Origin: Blastocladiella emersonii ATCC 22665
Taxonomy: Eukaryota; Fungi; Blastocladiomycota
Direction: 5' to 3'
Assembly: GCA_025594325.1 (NCBI GenBank)
Contig: JANHCV010000006.1
Location: forward strand, 1,860,001-1,924,000
Length of the DNA stretch: 64,000 bases
Shown: positions 22,779 to 37,236 of the stretch, one piece after another
Layout of the letters: each line of letters begins with the position of its first letter
How positions within the stretch are numbered: position 1 is the stretch's first letter
Program-made: the position numbers and the translations under genes
The notes under the pieces: generated by a model
Databases searched by the model: none
Told to the model about the DNA's origin: nothing
Seen by the model: the letters and a program-made list of their open reading frames with translations, nothing else

Positions 22779-25686
22779 ATGGCAGGCAACCGCAAGGGAA
22801 AGAACCGCGGACGAAGCGGAGCCGGCGCCTCCGCCCGCGGCATCCAGGCCACACCGGCGCCGGTCCCGTCGCCGCCGCCAGTGACGACCACCACTACCAT
22901 CAGCGCCGCCGGCGGGAACCTGACCCTGTCGACGGTCGAGGTCCACGCCAAGGAGCTGGCCCACGCCGCCGTCGCCGCGGCTGCCACGAACGGCAACGGC
23001 ACCGCGCTGCCGCCGCGCGCCCGCAACCTGTCCCTGACGCAGGCCGCGGGACCGACGCTGTCCATTGACCCGCAGCGCAAGGAGTTCCACTCGGACGCCG
23101 TCAACCTGCAGGTCCAGTCGGCCGCCGCCGAGGTCGACGAGATGGTCACCACCGACATGTCGCGCGTCCTGTACGTGGCCCGGCTACTGTGACCGCCCTC
23201 GAGACGTGATCCTCACGCATGGCGTCTGTGCGTAGCATCATCTACACGGGCGGAACCATCGGCATGCAGAACACGCGCGAGCACGGCTACGTGGTACGCA
23301 CGCTCCCCGCCCCTCTCCCCCACAGCGCACGCACGACCTGACCCTCGCGCGTGTAGCCCGTCCCCAACTACCTCACCCACGTCCTCGGCTCCATGACGCG
23401 CTTCCACGACCCGCATGGCATCCTGTCTGCCGACGCCGCCCCCGTCCCGCCCGCCGTGCTGCGCAACATGCAGAGCAAGATCGTGCGCGCCGAGGGCCAC
23501 ACCGACACCCTCGACGCCCTCATCACCCCCGTCTCGCTCTGGGGCAAACGCATCATCTACTCGGTCCTCGAGTACGACCCGCTGCTCGGTACGCTCATGG
23601 TCGGTTTGCGTGTTCGCCCCGCCACCTGCTCACGCGACGCGGCTGTGTAGACTCGTCCAATATGACCATGAAGGACTGGGTCAAGATCGCTTCCGACATT
23701 GAGCTCAACTACGAACACTACGGTACGCTCGCTCCCGCTTCAGACGCGACTCCCGCTGAGCGCTCACGCGTTTCCCGCCCGCAGACGCCTTCATCATCCT
23801 CCACGGCACCGATACCATGGCCTACACGGCCTCGGCGTACGTCCTCCACCTCCCACTGCCCCGATCCACGCGCTGACTCGCGATCCCGACCTGCAGACTG
23901 AGCTTCATGCTCGAGAACCTTGGCAAGACCGTCATCATCACGGGCTCGCAGGTCCCGCTCGCCGAGGTCCGCAACGACGCCATCGAGAACCTGCTCGGCG
24001 CCCTGACCATTGCCGGCCACTTTGTCATCCGTACGCTTTTCCTCCCTCCTCGATCCACCACCCGCGAGACTAACCCGTACCGCCGTAGCCGAGGTGACGC
24101 TCTACTTCAGCAACAAGCTGTACCGCGGCAACCGGACGTCCAAGGTCGACGCCGTCGACTTTGCCGCCTTCGACTCGCCGAACCTCGCCCCGCTCGTGAC
24201 CGTCGGCATCAACATTGACGTGCACTGGCGCGACGTGTGGCGCCCGCGCGAGCTGGCGCGGTTCCGCGCGCACAAGACGCTGGACCCGAACGTGGCCACG
24301 CTGCGCATCTTCCCGGGCATCACGCTGTCGACGATCCGCGCGTTCCTGCAACCCCCGATCCGCGGCGTCGTGCTCGAGACGTACGGCGCAGGCAACGGGC
24401 CCGACGCGCGCGCCGACCTGCTGGCCGCGCTGCGCGAGGCGCACGACCGCGGCGTCGTGCTCATCAACTGCACCCAGTGCAAGAAGGGCCTCGTCAGCGA
24501 CGTGTACTCGACGGGCAAGGCGCTCGTCCAGGCGGGCGTCGTGCCGGGCGCTGACATGACGGCCGAGTGCGCCCTCACCAAGCTCTCGTACCTCCTCGGC
24601 AAGGGGCTCGAGCCCGACGTCATCCGCAAGCTCATGCGCCGGTCGCTCCGCGGCGAGCTCGCCGTCGTCGAGAAGCGCCCGCGGTTCGCCCTCTCGCAGC
24701 GCGATTTCGCCGTCGTCCTGCACCACGTCCTCGGCCGCCCGCCGACGGGTGTCGACCGCCCGCCCGCGCCGACGACTGCCGACGCGATCCTGCAGGACGT
24801 GGGCGCCGGCGCCCCGACGCTGCACATTGGCGACGCGGCCGCGGCCGAAGGCAACGGCGACGACGCTGACCTCGTGCAGGCGCTGCACTCGACGTCGCGC
24901 GCGCGCATCGAGCGCACGCTCGCGCCGCTGCTCGTCTCGCTCGCCGCCGCGCAGGGGAACACGGACCACGTCGCGTACCTCCTGCGCGAGACGGCGGGCG
25001 CGCCTGACGCCGCCGCGGGGATCACCGACCCGCTGCCCGCCGTCAACGCGGGCGACCCGCTGACGGGCGCGACGCCGCTGCACCACGCCGCCGCGCACGC
25101 GCGGCTCGCGACCGTCCGGTACCTGCTGGGGGAAGGCGCGACGGTGCACGCGCGCGACCGCGCGGGCCACACGCCGCTGTGGGCCGCCGTCACGGGGACC
25201 GCGGGCCCGACGTACGGCGGGAGCGGGGCGGCCCTCGAGCCCGCGTCGGCGGACCCGGCCGCGGGCGGGGATGCCGGCGACCGGCTCGCGGTGATCGACG
25301 TCCTGGTGCAGACGGGCGCGCATTTCGGGCGCACGGGCGACGAGACGGTGCGCGCGGGCGTCGAGGCCGGGTGGGCGAGCGCGCGCGGGGACGCGGCAGC
25401 CGTCACGCGGTGGATCCGTGCCGGGGTGGCCGTCAGTGCGACGTTCGGGCCCGACAAGAAGTCGATGCTGCACGCGGCCGCCGAGCACCTCAACGACGAC
25501 CTGGTCGAGATCCTCCTGCGCGACCACGGCGCGGACGCGGGACAGGTCGACGCGTGGGGGCTCACGGCCGCGGAGTGTGTGCGCGCGCGCAGCAAGGCGG
25601 CCAAGGCGCACGTCGCCAAGGACAAGGCCGAGCGTGCCGCGCGGGTGCTGGCGTTGCTCGAGGCCGCAGCGCGGTCAAGTAATTGA
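22779..25686 (+). CDS. ASPG: Type I L-asparaginase / lysophospholipase with C-terminal ankyrin repeats (ASPG-like), multi-exon
   Basis: Spliced IIYTGGTIG and [17 protein letters not shown] catalytic motifs; TGSQVPL, RGNRTSK, FDSPN; ankyrin repeats GATPLHHAA and GHTPLWAA. Confidence 0.92.
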
Positions 25687-25836
25687 TGGCCGACGGTAGG
25701 AATAGCTTTTATTAGGATTATAGAGTAGTGTTTGTGGAGAAGAGGGAATGGTGACATGACAAGACACGAACGCGGCGGAAGGGGCGGGAGGGGCGGGAGT
25801 GAGAATGACAAAAGCACGGCGCGGGAAACGTACTCG

Positions 25837-28189
<2,353 letters not shown>

Positions 28190-28413
28190 TTTATTCATTG
28201 CAGTAAGTCGCGAGAGGCTCCGGTCAGGGAGCGCGAGAGTCGTTGAGGGGAGGGGAGCGGGAGGGGTCGCGCGGCCGCGAACGCAGCACGAATGAGTCCG
28301 ACCTCGATGGTCAAGATTTCATCAGCTGACGGATTTCCGCGCCTCTCCCTCTCATGTCCGGCAACGGGCTCAGCAGGTTTACAAATGTGTGTATAGCAGT
28401 GTTATGAAGTGTC

Positions 28414-29406
28414 TCAGACCTCGCCCTCCTCGACCCCCATGGGCGACCCCGCGCGCGAGTTGTCGGCCGTGACGCGCGCCGCGTCGCCGCTTGGTGATAG
28501 CTCCAGCACGGCGGGCGAGATGCTCCTTGGCAGCGCGGAGATGGACGTCGAGGGTCGGCTCGGCGTCGCTGCAGTTTCGAGGAGGGACTTGCGCGCGGCC
28601 GCGTTCTCGCGCAGGGCAATGCCGAGGTCGCCGATGGCGAGGAGCGCCGCCGTGATGACGTCGCGCTGCTCCTGCTGTGCTGCTGGCCGCGCGTCGAGCT
28701 GGCGCTGCAGGTTCGCAATGTCGCGCTCGAGGACGGCTCGCTCTCTACAAACAGCACGCGGTGGGATCAGCGGGTGGGCGACTTGAGGGGAGAGTGCTCG
28801 CGACGTACTGCTCTGTCTCCTCCCGAGAATTGTGCTTGCGGACCGACTCCATCTCGCTGTCGTACTCGATCTTCTCCTCAAGCTTGGCCTTGAGCTCGAT
28901 GACGCGCGCGTTCAGGACCGCAATCTCTTCTTGTGTTGCGCGGTTGGCCTCTACGGGACGGGCGGGTCGTAGTCAGTGGCGTGCCTGGTGAAGACAGGCG
29001 CGAACGCGGCGTACCGTCGTCCTCCTGCATCGCGAGATACTCGGCGACCTGCTCCTTGGACTCCATGGCGGCGATCAGGCGGTGCTTGTGCTCGTCCGTC
29101 TTGGCCGCCTCGGCTGTCAGCCACACGAGGTCCTCGAGCTCGTCGAGGTCGGCCTCGGACGCGTCCGGGTCGTCGAGCGCGAGCTGCAGCTCGGCACTGG
29201 CGAGCATGACGGGGCCCATGGCCTGCTCCTCGACCGTCTTGTACCCAAGCCGCGCCGTGATGGCATCTAGACGCAGACGCCCGAGCGTTACAAAGCTGTC
29301 GCCGAGACGCGGTGCTGCTCCTTGTCCGCTCACCGTTGACGTTGTCGGGGGCCTCCCAGTACCGCGTCAGGCGCGACGCGCTCGTGAGGTCCAGGTCGAG
29401 ATCCAT
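28414..29406 (-). CDS. Coiled-coil protein, THOC7/Mft1-like, multi-exon
   Basis: Spliced segment EIAVLNARVIELKAKLEEKIEYDSEMESVRKHNSREETE...LERDIANL...VITAALLAIGDL resembles the THOC7 pattern (EYD...HxxRxET...). Recognised from memory only. Confidence 0.5.
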
Positions 29407-29622
29407 GGCAGAAGACTGGGTTGCACAGAGTAGCAGGCTACAGCGGAGCGGCTCTCGTGTGCTTGCCCGTGTCAATGGGAAGCGAAGGCCGGCCTCGAAG
29501 CGCTCGCCGACCGACCGGCGCCGAGACGACCGGCGCGGGCGCGTCGTGGCGCCTTCTCTCTCTCCTCGCTGCGCCGCCGTCCCTCTCCTCGACAGAGCAC
29601 GCTTGCTGCAACGGAATCTGCC

Positions 29623-30448
29623 ATGTCAACGACGAAACCCCTCAAGACGCTGGGCGAGGATGTGTGGAGGTCCAAGATGGAGAAAGTGGTCAGTAGGATC
29701 GGCGCCGCCACCACCCATGCTCCTCTCCCGAGGCTCACCCGTCGCGCTGCCTGTCGCCGCGACCGTGTCGTGTAGAGCGGTGAGCTGTTCGTGCTGACCT
29801 ACGGGTCCATTGTGACGCAGCTCGTGCGCGACTTCAACCAGGACTATGCCAAGGTGAACGAGCACCTCGAGAAGATGTGCGTCGTCGCCACACACCCCTC
29901 CACCCACGCGCCCACACACCCCGCTGACGCCCAACCTCTGTGCGTGTAGGGGCTACAACATCGGCACGCGGCTGATCGAAGAGTTCCTGGCCAAGTCGCA
30001 GATGGGCCGGTGCCGCGACTTCCGCGAGACGGGCGAGGCGATCGCCAAGGTCGGGTTCAAGATGTTCCTGAACCTGGTGCCGACCGTGGCCAACCTGTCG
30101 GCCGACGGCCGCAGCTTCTCGCTCGTGTTCGACGAGAACCCGCTCGCCGAATTTGTCGAGCTGCCCGACGACGCCAAGCGGCCCGCGGGCACCGTGGTCG
30201 TGGCGCCGTCGTCGTCGTCGGCGACGGGTGGCGCCGCCGCGACGGCGGGCGGGTCGGCAGGGGCGGCGGCGACGCCGCTGTGGTTCAGCAACGTGCTGTG
30301 CGGCGTGGTGCGCGGGTGCCTCGAGATGATGCAGCTGCAGGTCGAGGCATACTGGGTCTCGGACGTGCTGCACGGCGACGACATCAACGAGATGCGCGTC
30401 ACGCTCATCAAGGTGCTTGAGGACGAGGTCCCGGCAGGCGAGGACTAA
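29623..30448 (+). CDS. BET3: TRAPP complex subunit BET3/TRAPPC3 (two introns)
   Basis: ELFVLTYGSIVTQL, GYNIGTRLIEEFLAKS, GRCRDFRET, KVGFKMFLN, ENPLAEFVELP, WFSNVLCGVVRGCLEMM, EDEVPAGED*. Confidence 0.96.
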
Positions 30449-30994
30449 GGTGGGACGAGGGTGGCCGCTGCTGCGCGTCGCCGCGGGCCGTTTTTGGGAG
30501 GAATGTACACGTTTCGTTGTGTTTCAATCCGGACCGCGATGCACACGGCCTGCCTTGATTCGCTTAGCCCATATAGTGCACCGCGCTGCGCCGCGCTGGG
30601 AGATGCGCTGGCATTCCGATCGTCCGCGCCCGGACAGCGACAGGGACGCGGGGCGCCCTGGAGCGAGCGCGGCCGGCAGCGCGGTCATGTGAGGGGAGAC
30701 ACGGACGCGCCGCGCCGCGCGACGCGTCGTGTCTCGCGCCTGCGGCCTTCTCGACGTCTCGCATCGCGTCCCTTCCCCTTGACGCGCACGCATCGGGACA
30801 CGCCGCATGAACCTCAATGCGTGACTCGGACCCTGCATCTCGGCTCTGAACCTCATCTCCGGCCGCCGCCGCTGCCGCTGCTCCACGGATCGCCTCCCGC
30901 AACCGCGCCCGTCCAAACTCGCCCTCGATTCGGGACACACTCTACAACATAACGAACCCGCAGTCGCAGCTGACGTGCCGCTGCCGACTCCGCC

Positions 30995-33900
30995 ATGGCA
31001 ACCAACACCGGCGCTGCGCCGCCGCCGCCGCCGGCCGCCGCGCCCGGCCTGCCCGCGGCCGGCGAGCCGGGCCTGCTCGACAAGGTGGGCGCCATCGAGC
31101 CGCTGCCGCCAATATCGGAGCGGCTGCACATATATCTGCGCATCGCGATCCGCGACGTGACGGCCTCGATCAGCGACTGGATCCTGTACCCGGACACGGT
31201 GCCCAAGACCGTGTGGAGCGTGACGGTGATGGGCGCGGCGGTGCTGCAGGCGTTGCTGGTGCCGTACGCCGTCGCGTTTTCGGTGCCCGAGTCGTCGGGC
31301 GTGTACATTGTCATTACGCTCATGTGGATCATCCTGCTGTGCGACATTGTGGTCGGGTTCCGCACCGCGTACATCAACGAGGACGGCCAGGTCGTCGACG
31401 AGAAGCGCGCGCTGGTCATGTACTACCTGCGGCACCGGTTCGCGCTCGACGTGATCGCCAACGTGCCCATCGAGATGTTCACGCCTGCGGCGTGGGACCC
31501 AAACGTGCGCCGCACGCTCATGCTCAACCGCGTCGTGTCGCTCTACAAGGCCATTGTGTGGATCCGCCACGAGGAGATGAAGCTCACGGGCTCGCTGCTG
31601 GTCCAGGTCTTCAAGTTCCTGCTCATCCTGATCCTCGTCATCCACTACTACGCGTGCATCTGGTGGCTCATCGGCCTGCCGCCCGACAGCGCCTCTGACT
31701 ACGCCTACGCGTCCGCGGCCGGGTCCACGACCACGACCGACACGCACGTCGAGAAGACGTGGTCGCAGTACGACGAGTCGCGCCACACGTCCATTGACCT
31801 GCACACGCCCGAGATGCACCTCAACAAGTCGCTCCAGTACATTTACTCGGCCTACTGGGTCATCAACCGTACGTCGCGTCCGCGGTCGCGTCGCGTCGCG
31901 TCGGCCACGCTCACCCACCCATGGCCCCCACCGTGTAGTCGTCACGGTGCCCGGGTTCGCCGACCTCGAGGCGCCCACGTTCAAGGAGAAGCTGATCGGG
32001 CTCGTCATGTTCCTGTCGGGCCTGATCCTGTTCGGCTACGTGACGGCGAGCGTGACGTCGATCCTGGCGAACCGCGACTCGCAGCGGTCGCGGTACCAGC
32101 AGAAGCTGCTGTCGGTGCGGCAGTACATGGACCACAACCACTTTGACTCGACGACGCGCAAGCGCGTCAGCAACTACTATGACTACCTGTGGAAGCGCAA
32201 CAAGGGGATCGACGCCAAGACCATCTTCACGGACCTGCCGACCACGTTCCAGGCCGAGCTCGCGCTGGGCATCAACGGGCACATCATCTCCAAGGTGCCG
32301 CTGTTCCAGGACACGGAGATCGGGTTCATGCGCATGCTCAGTCTCGCGCTGCAGCCGGTCCTGTTCCTGCCGCTCGAGTACGTGGTCAAGAAGGGCGACA
32401 TTGGGTCCGAGATGTTCTTCATCCACAAGGGCCGCGTCGACGTGGTGTCCGAGGACGGCACCCAGATCTTTGCGTCGATGCACGAGGGGTCCTTCTTTGG
32501 CGAGATTGCGCTCTTCTTCTCGCGCCCGCGCACCGCCAGCATCCGCGCCGCGTCCTACACGGACATCTACGTGCTGTCCAAGCAGAACCTCGAGGAGGTG
32601 CTCGCCTTCTACCCGGCCGTCAAGGAGCGCATCCTGCTCGCCGCCGAGGAGCGGCTCAAGGAGAACGAGAAGCGCCAGCAGCTCAACGTGCCCAAGGACA
32701 CCAAGTCGCCGCAGCTCTCGGTCACCTCGGTCCAGGCCAGCCAGGCCACGGCGCTCCTCCCGCCGCCCGCGCTGTCGGCCAAGAGCCTCGCCGCCCCGCT
32801 CAACGAGTCGGCCGCGTCCAGCAGCAGCCACCACCCGAGCGGCGGCGACTCGGCGAGCATCGGGTCCGCGTCCAACAAGCCGCCGCTCTCGGCCGCCTCG
32901 GACACGTCGTTTTCCATAGTCCCGCTGCTCCAGGCCCAGTCGCCCGCGCCCTCGTCGCCCGCTGCGTCGCCGCACCCGCTGTTGGGCGGGCCGCCCGCGT
33001 CGGTCGGCACCCCGCTCACATCCATGCCCGAGTCGACGAGCGACAGCGGCGACATTTCGCGCCCGCCGAACGCGGCGGCGCCCGCTTCCAGTACACCCGC
33101 GAGCCCGGCGCCCGTGGACCGCGCCGACTCGCCGCTCGGCGACGCGGACGCGCAGTCCGAGGAGGATCTCCTTCCACACGCCGGGACGCAGCCGCTGGCG
33201 GGCGGCGGCACCGACGCGCACGACTTCAGCCACGCGTCCATGGACACATCGTCGACGGACAGCCTGCCGTTCCCGCACATAGTGCAGCGCGGGACGGGCA
33301 CGATCAACTCGATCCAGCGCGTGCCGCTCGGGTACAGCACGAGCACGGGGACGGGGTCGATCAGCCAGCGCGGCAGCTCGAACGTGCTCGGGTACCGCAA
33401 CGGGAGCGCGACGACGAGCGCGAACCAGATGAACACCGGCGCGGCGGGCACGGCGCCGCGCGAGGCGCAGAGCATCCGCGCGAGCATCCTCGACATGGGC
33501 GGGATCATCTCCGAGGACGGCGAGGTGGTGCTGCCCGACTCGCTGTTCGGGATGCGCGTGACGGGGCTGTCGACGACGATGCTGGCGACGGGGCCGACGG
33601 ACCACATTGACCTGGTGTCGACGACGTCGGGGAACAGCACCATGAGCCCGGCGGGCACGGGCGGGCGTGTGCGCGAGTCGCTGAGCAACCTGCGCAACCG
33701 GTTCACGGGGTCAAGCACCAACATGAACATGAACCACGTCCCGAGCGCGACGGTCAACGTGCTCCCGCCGACGTTCCGGCGCAACTCGGTCAAGCAGTCC
33801 AACTCGGGCCTGTGGCTGTCGGCCAACAGCGGCAGCAACGCGGCGACGGGCGGCAGCCAGACGCTCACGGCGCTCGGCGGCGGGCAGTCCGGGAACACGA

Positions 33901-34337
33901 TGACGCGGTCGAACCCGTTCCAGCCCATCACCGAGGCCATCAGCAGCGACCGCATGGGGTCGTCGCACGCCGGGTCGTCGCTCCTGCACGCGTCGTCGAG
34001 CGGGATCCATCCGGGCGGGAGCGGCAGCGGGTCCAACGGGATGCTCGAAGTCCGCTCAGGCGCCAACGTGCGGCGGTCGCAGACGAGCGTCGCCAAGAGC
34101 GCGTCGCCGCTCGGGTCCAGCAGCACGCTCGACCCGGCCGCGGTGCCGCTGCCGTCCGGGTCGTCGGGGTCGTCGATGCGGCGGCTGTCGTTGTTCCTCA
34201 CGGGCGGCGGCGGGGGCGGCGGAAGCAGCCAGCCAGTCAGCCGGTCCACGCTCAGCGTCGCGAACGGGGCGGCACAAGGCGGCGGCAGCATGTCGCGACA
34301 CAACTCGGACGGCGGCGTGCACCCGAGCGACGTGTGA
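30995..34337 (+). CDS. Cyclic-nucleotide-binding cation channel (CNG/HCN/KCNH superfamily), 6TM + C-linker + CNBD + long Ser-rich tail (about 1090 aa; intron 31869-31938)
   Basis: S1-S6 with DIVVGFRTAY and YYLRHRFALDVIANVP. Pore YWVINLVTVPGFADL. C-linker YYDYLWKRNKG...LPTTFQAEL. CNBD KGDIGSEMFFI...FFGEIAL...PRTASIRA. Confidence 0.93.
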
Positions 34338-34582
34338 CGGCCACGCTGGGCTCTTTGCTGTATTTCTCACTGTTCCCTCTCTGCGATTCCAAACTACATT
34401 GATCTCTATAGCGAGCACCGGCGAGAGAGAAGAGAGGTGCGAGGCGATCACGTCCGCGTGACGGCGCGGCCCACGCGACCCTCTCTCCTCGCGCGAAAGA
34501 TCATCGCGCTCGCGTGCACAACACTCGGTGCATCACCCTCTCTGCCGCCCTGAGAGCGCCCCCTTGGTGGTTGCAGGCGACC

Positions 34583-35280
34583 ATGTCGGACCTTCGCCCG
34601 CGCCGATCCGCGCTCCTCTCGCAGACCGCACGCTCCGCCCGCCATGTACTCTCGCGCCACACGCACCACGCCGTGCTCGGGGTCCTCGCCGCCTGGGTCC
34701 TGGGCATGAGCGCGCTCGGGTTCCTCTCGTTGCACCTCGCCAACTTGCCCAACGACAAGCTGCTGCACGGCGGCGCGTTCGCCGGCCTGTGCGTCCTCGT
34801 CTACGCCCTGCCGCGCCGCCTGCGCTGCGTGTGCCGCACGCCGGGACCGCGGTGCGTCCGCCGGCCGTGCCGCGACGGCGACGAGGACGACGGCGGATCG
34901 CTGCTCTGCCCGCCCGACCGACTCGGGCGGGTCCCGACGCGCATGCTCCTCGCGACGGCGCTGTGTGGGTTCCTCGCCCTCGCTAGCGAGTACGCGCAGG
35001 GCGTCGTCAACCCGGCTCGGACGTTTGACCCTGAGGACATTCTGGTACCTCCCGACGCCTTCGAATCCGCTCTGTACCTCTCCTAACGACCTGGACGTAG
35101 GCCAACCTCGTACTCGGACTCGCCATCGCGCTCGCGGGCAACGCCGCCATGGACCGCATACTCCCGCCCGCCCGGCCCGTCTCGCCGCGCGCCAACTCGT
35201 CGAGCACCGACCTCGAGCTGACGCTCCACAACGACGGCAACGGCAACGGCAACGGCGACGCGATGCGCCACTCGTCGTGA
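34583..35280 (+). CDS. VanZ-like small membrane protein (intron 35045-35100; about 213 aa)
   Basis: NDKLLH, SEYAQ and RTFDPEDIL|ANL motifs with four hydrophobic segments. Confidence 0.75.
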
Positions 35281-35821
35281 CCAAGTCGTCACCGTGGCCG
35301 AGTCGTGTGGCGCCGCGACCCCATCGTGGGGCAGCCGCCGCGGCTTGCGTTCCGCGGGTTCGCCCTCCTCATCTCGGTCAAAAACCCAAATTTACGCCGG
35401 CATGTCCGAGTGCCGGCCGCTACGCCACAGTGGGGGATTCTAGCCTCCTCCACGCTCCCTTAGTGCGCGCGCTTGGCCTCCTCCTCCTGCACGACACTTC
35501 ACGCACAGTGTGCGACCTTCCTCACGGCAACGGGTTCTCCATCAGCATCACCGCGCTCGCGTCGAGACCACCCGCAACTCGCCCCTCCACTCGCCCACCA
35601 CCACTCGCACTGCTGCTGCCGTCGCGTCCCTGTCCCGCTCGCTCGACGCACTCGCCCACCGCCACCAAGACTAGACGTCCGCCTCGCTCACACGTACCCG
35701 CTGCCCGCGCCACGCTGTTGTCCGCGACCCGATCGCATCACTGCCGCCAACAACAGCAACAACAGTAACAGTCGCGTCCCGACTCCTTCCGCGTGTGATG
35801 CATCTGCATCATGCAGCCAAC

Positions 35822-36949
35822 ATGTCGCCGCACCTCTACCCTCGCCAGGCACCCCTCCCGCCACCACCAACACCAACACCAACCCGCACCGCCATCACTC
35901 CGCTCCGAGCCACCGCCACCCCGAACACGGCCGCGGCGACCGTGACGCCCGCAGCCCCCGCTCTGACATCGTGCACGCGGCTCGTGCGGCACGCGCCGCT
36001 ACCGTGGATCGCCGTGATCCTGGCGTTCGCCGCGCTGCCGCTGTGCCTGATGCACTGCCGTCGCGCGTGGCGGTCGTGGCAGCGCAGCCGCGCGCACACC
36101 ACGAGCCTGGTCACGCTGCAGTCGCTGCTGCTGTCCTCGTGGTCGCTGTTCGTGCTCGACCAGATCGCGACCATCGGCTACGTCGTCACCACCGTCTTCG
36201 TGTGCCCCGCCGTCTGCAAGTACTCGACCTCCGCCGTCACCCGCGCGTGCTGGGCGCCAGCGTTCCTGTCGGCGCTCATCTACTGCCAGGCCGTCGGCGC
36301 CGCGCTGTTCGTGTGCGCGACGCTCGCGCGGTTCGTCGACGCGTTCGCGCTCCTGTCGTGGCCGCACTACCTCGTCTGCCGCGTCTTCATGTGGCTGACC
36401 ATCGTCGTGTGCACCGTGCGCCTGCTCATCACCACCACCGCCGACTACGTGCGCAACGCGCCCGGCACGTTCCCGCGCGGGTCCGCGTTCCGCGAGCAGA
36501 TCTTTGACCTCGACTACTTTTCGTACATTGTCACATTCTCGGTGTACGGCGTGCTCGACCTGCTCGCGCTGCTCCTCGCGCTGCGGTATGTCGTCGGCGT
36601 GCACAACGACCTACGGTCGCACCTGTGCTCGCCCTTCAACGCGGCCATGGCCGAGTACGTGGCGGTCGCGGGGATGCCGAACCCGGTCATGGTCCACACG
36701 CGCCGCATGCGCGGGTCCATTGTCGTCAGCATCGCCATGCTGCTCATCTACGCCGCCATCACGCTGCTGCCCATCATCGACGACGCTCCGCTCGTCTTCC
36801 TCAACGCCTTCTTCACCCTCGTCCTCAAGCTCTACGTCGCGTCGGCCACCTACTCGATCGCCGGCATGAAGCGCGTCATCGAGGCCAAGTCCAAGATGTA
36901 CGCGTCGTGGCCGCTCGGGCTGACGAGCGGGTCGTCCATGGGGATCTGA
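35822..36949 (+). CDS. Orphan 7-transmembrane protein A (GPCR-like), intronless
   Basis: Seven hydrophobic segments. Thr/Pro-rich N-terminus. C-x3-C-x10-C loop before TM3; ATLARF at the end of TM3. Clearly homologous to 41244-42563. Confidence 0.8.
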   Translation: MSPHLYPRQAPLPPPPTPTPTRTAITPLRATATPNTAAATVTPAAPALTSCTRLVRHAPLPWIAVILAFAALPLCLMHCRRAWRSWQRSRAHTTSLVTLQSLLLSSWSLFVLDQIATIGYVVTTVFVCPAVCKYSTSAVTRACWAPAFLSALIYCQAVGAALFVCATLARFVDAFALLSWPHYLVCRVFMWLTIVVCTVRLLITTTADYVRNAPGTFPRGSAFREQIFDLDYFSYIVTFSVYGVLDLLALLLALRYVVGVHNDLRSHLCSPFNAAMAEYVAVAGMPNPVMVHTRRMRGSIVVSIAMLLIYAAITLLPIIDDAPLVFLNAFFTLVLKLYVASATYSIAGMKRVIEAKSKMYASWPLGLTSGSSMGI

Positions 36950-37236
36950 GCGGGCGGTGGCGGCGCGGCGGCGGCGGCGGGCGCGGACCGGGTGTGGTTT
37001 TTGTTCACTGGGTGTGTCTCGACTTTTTGATTGTACATGTATTCCCCCCTTGCTACACTCAGTCGCTCTTGCGCTTCGAGGCGAGTCGGGAACTGAGTTG
37101 TGTCGGAGCGAGGTCGTGGCCGTGGCATCGGTCGCGGTCATCGCGGCCATCGACCATCGCTGCTGAACCTCACTCGCTCATGAGTACCGTATCCAAAATC
37201 ATGGGTCTCCTATTCGACTCTCCCCACGCGTACAAC

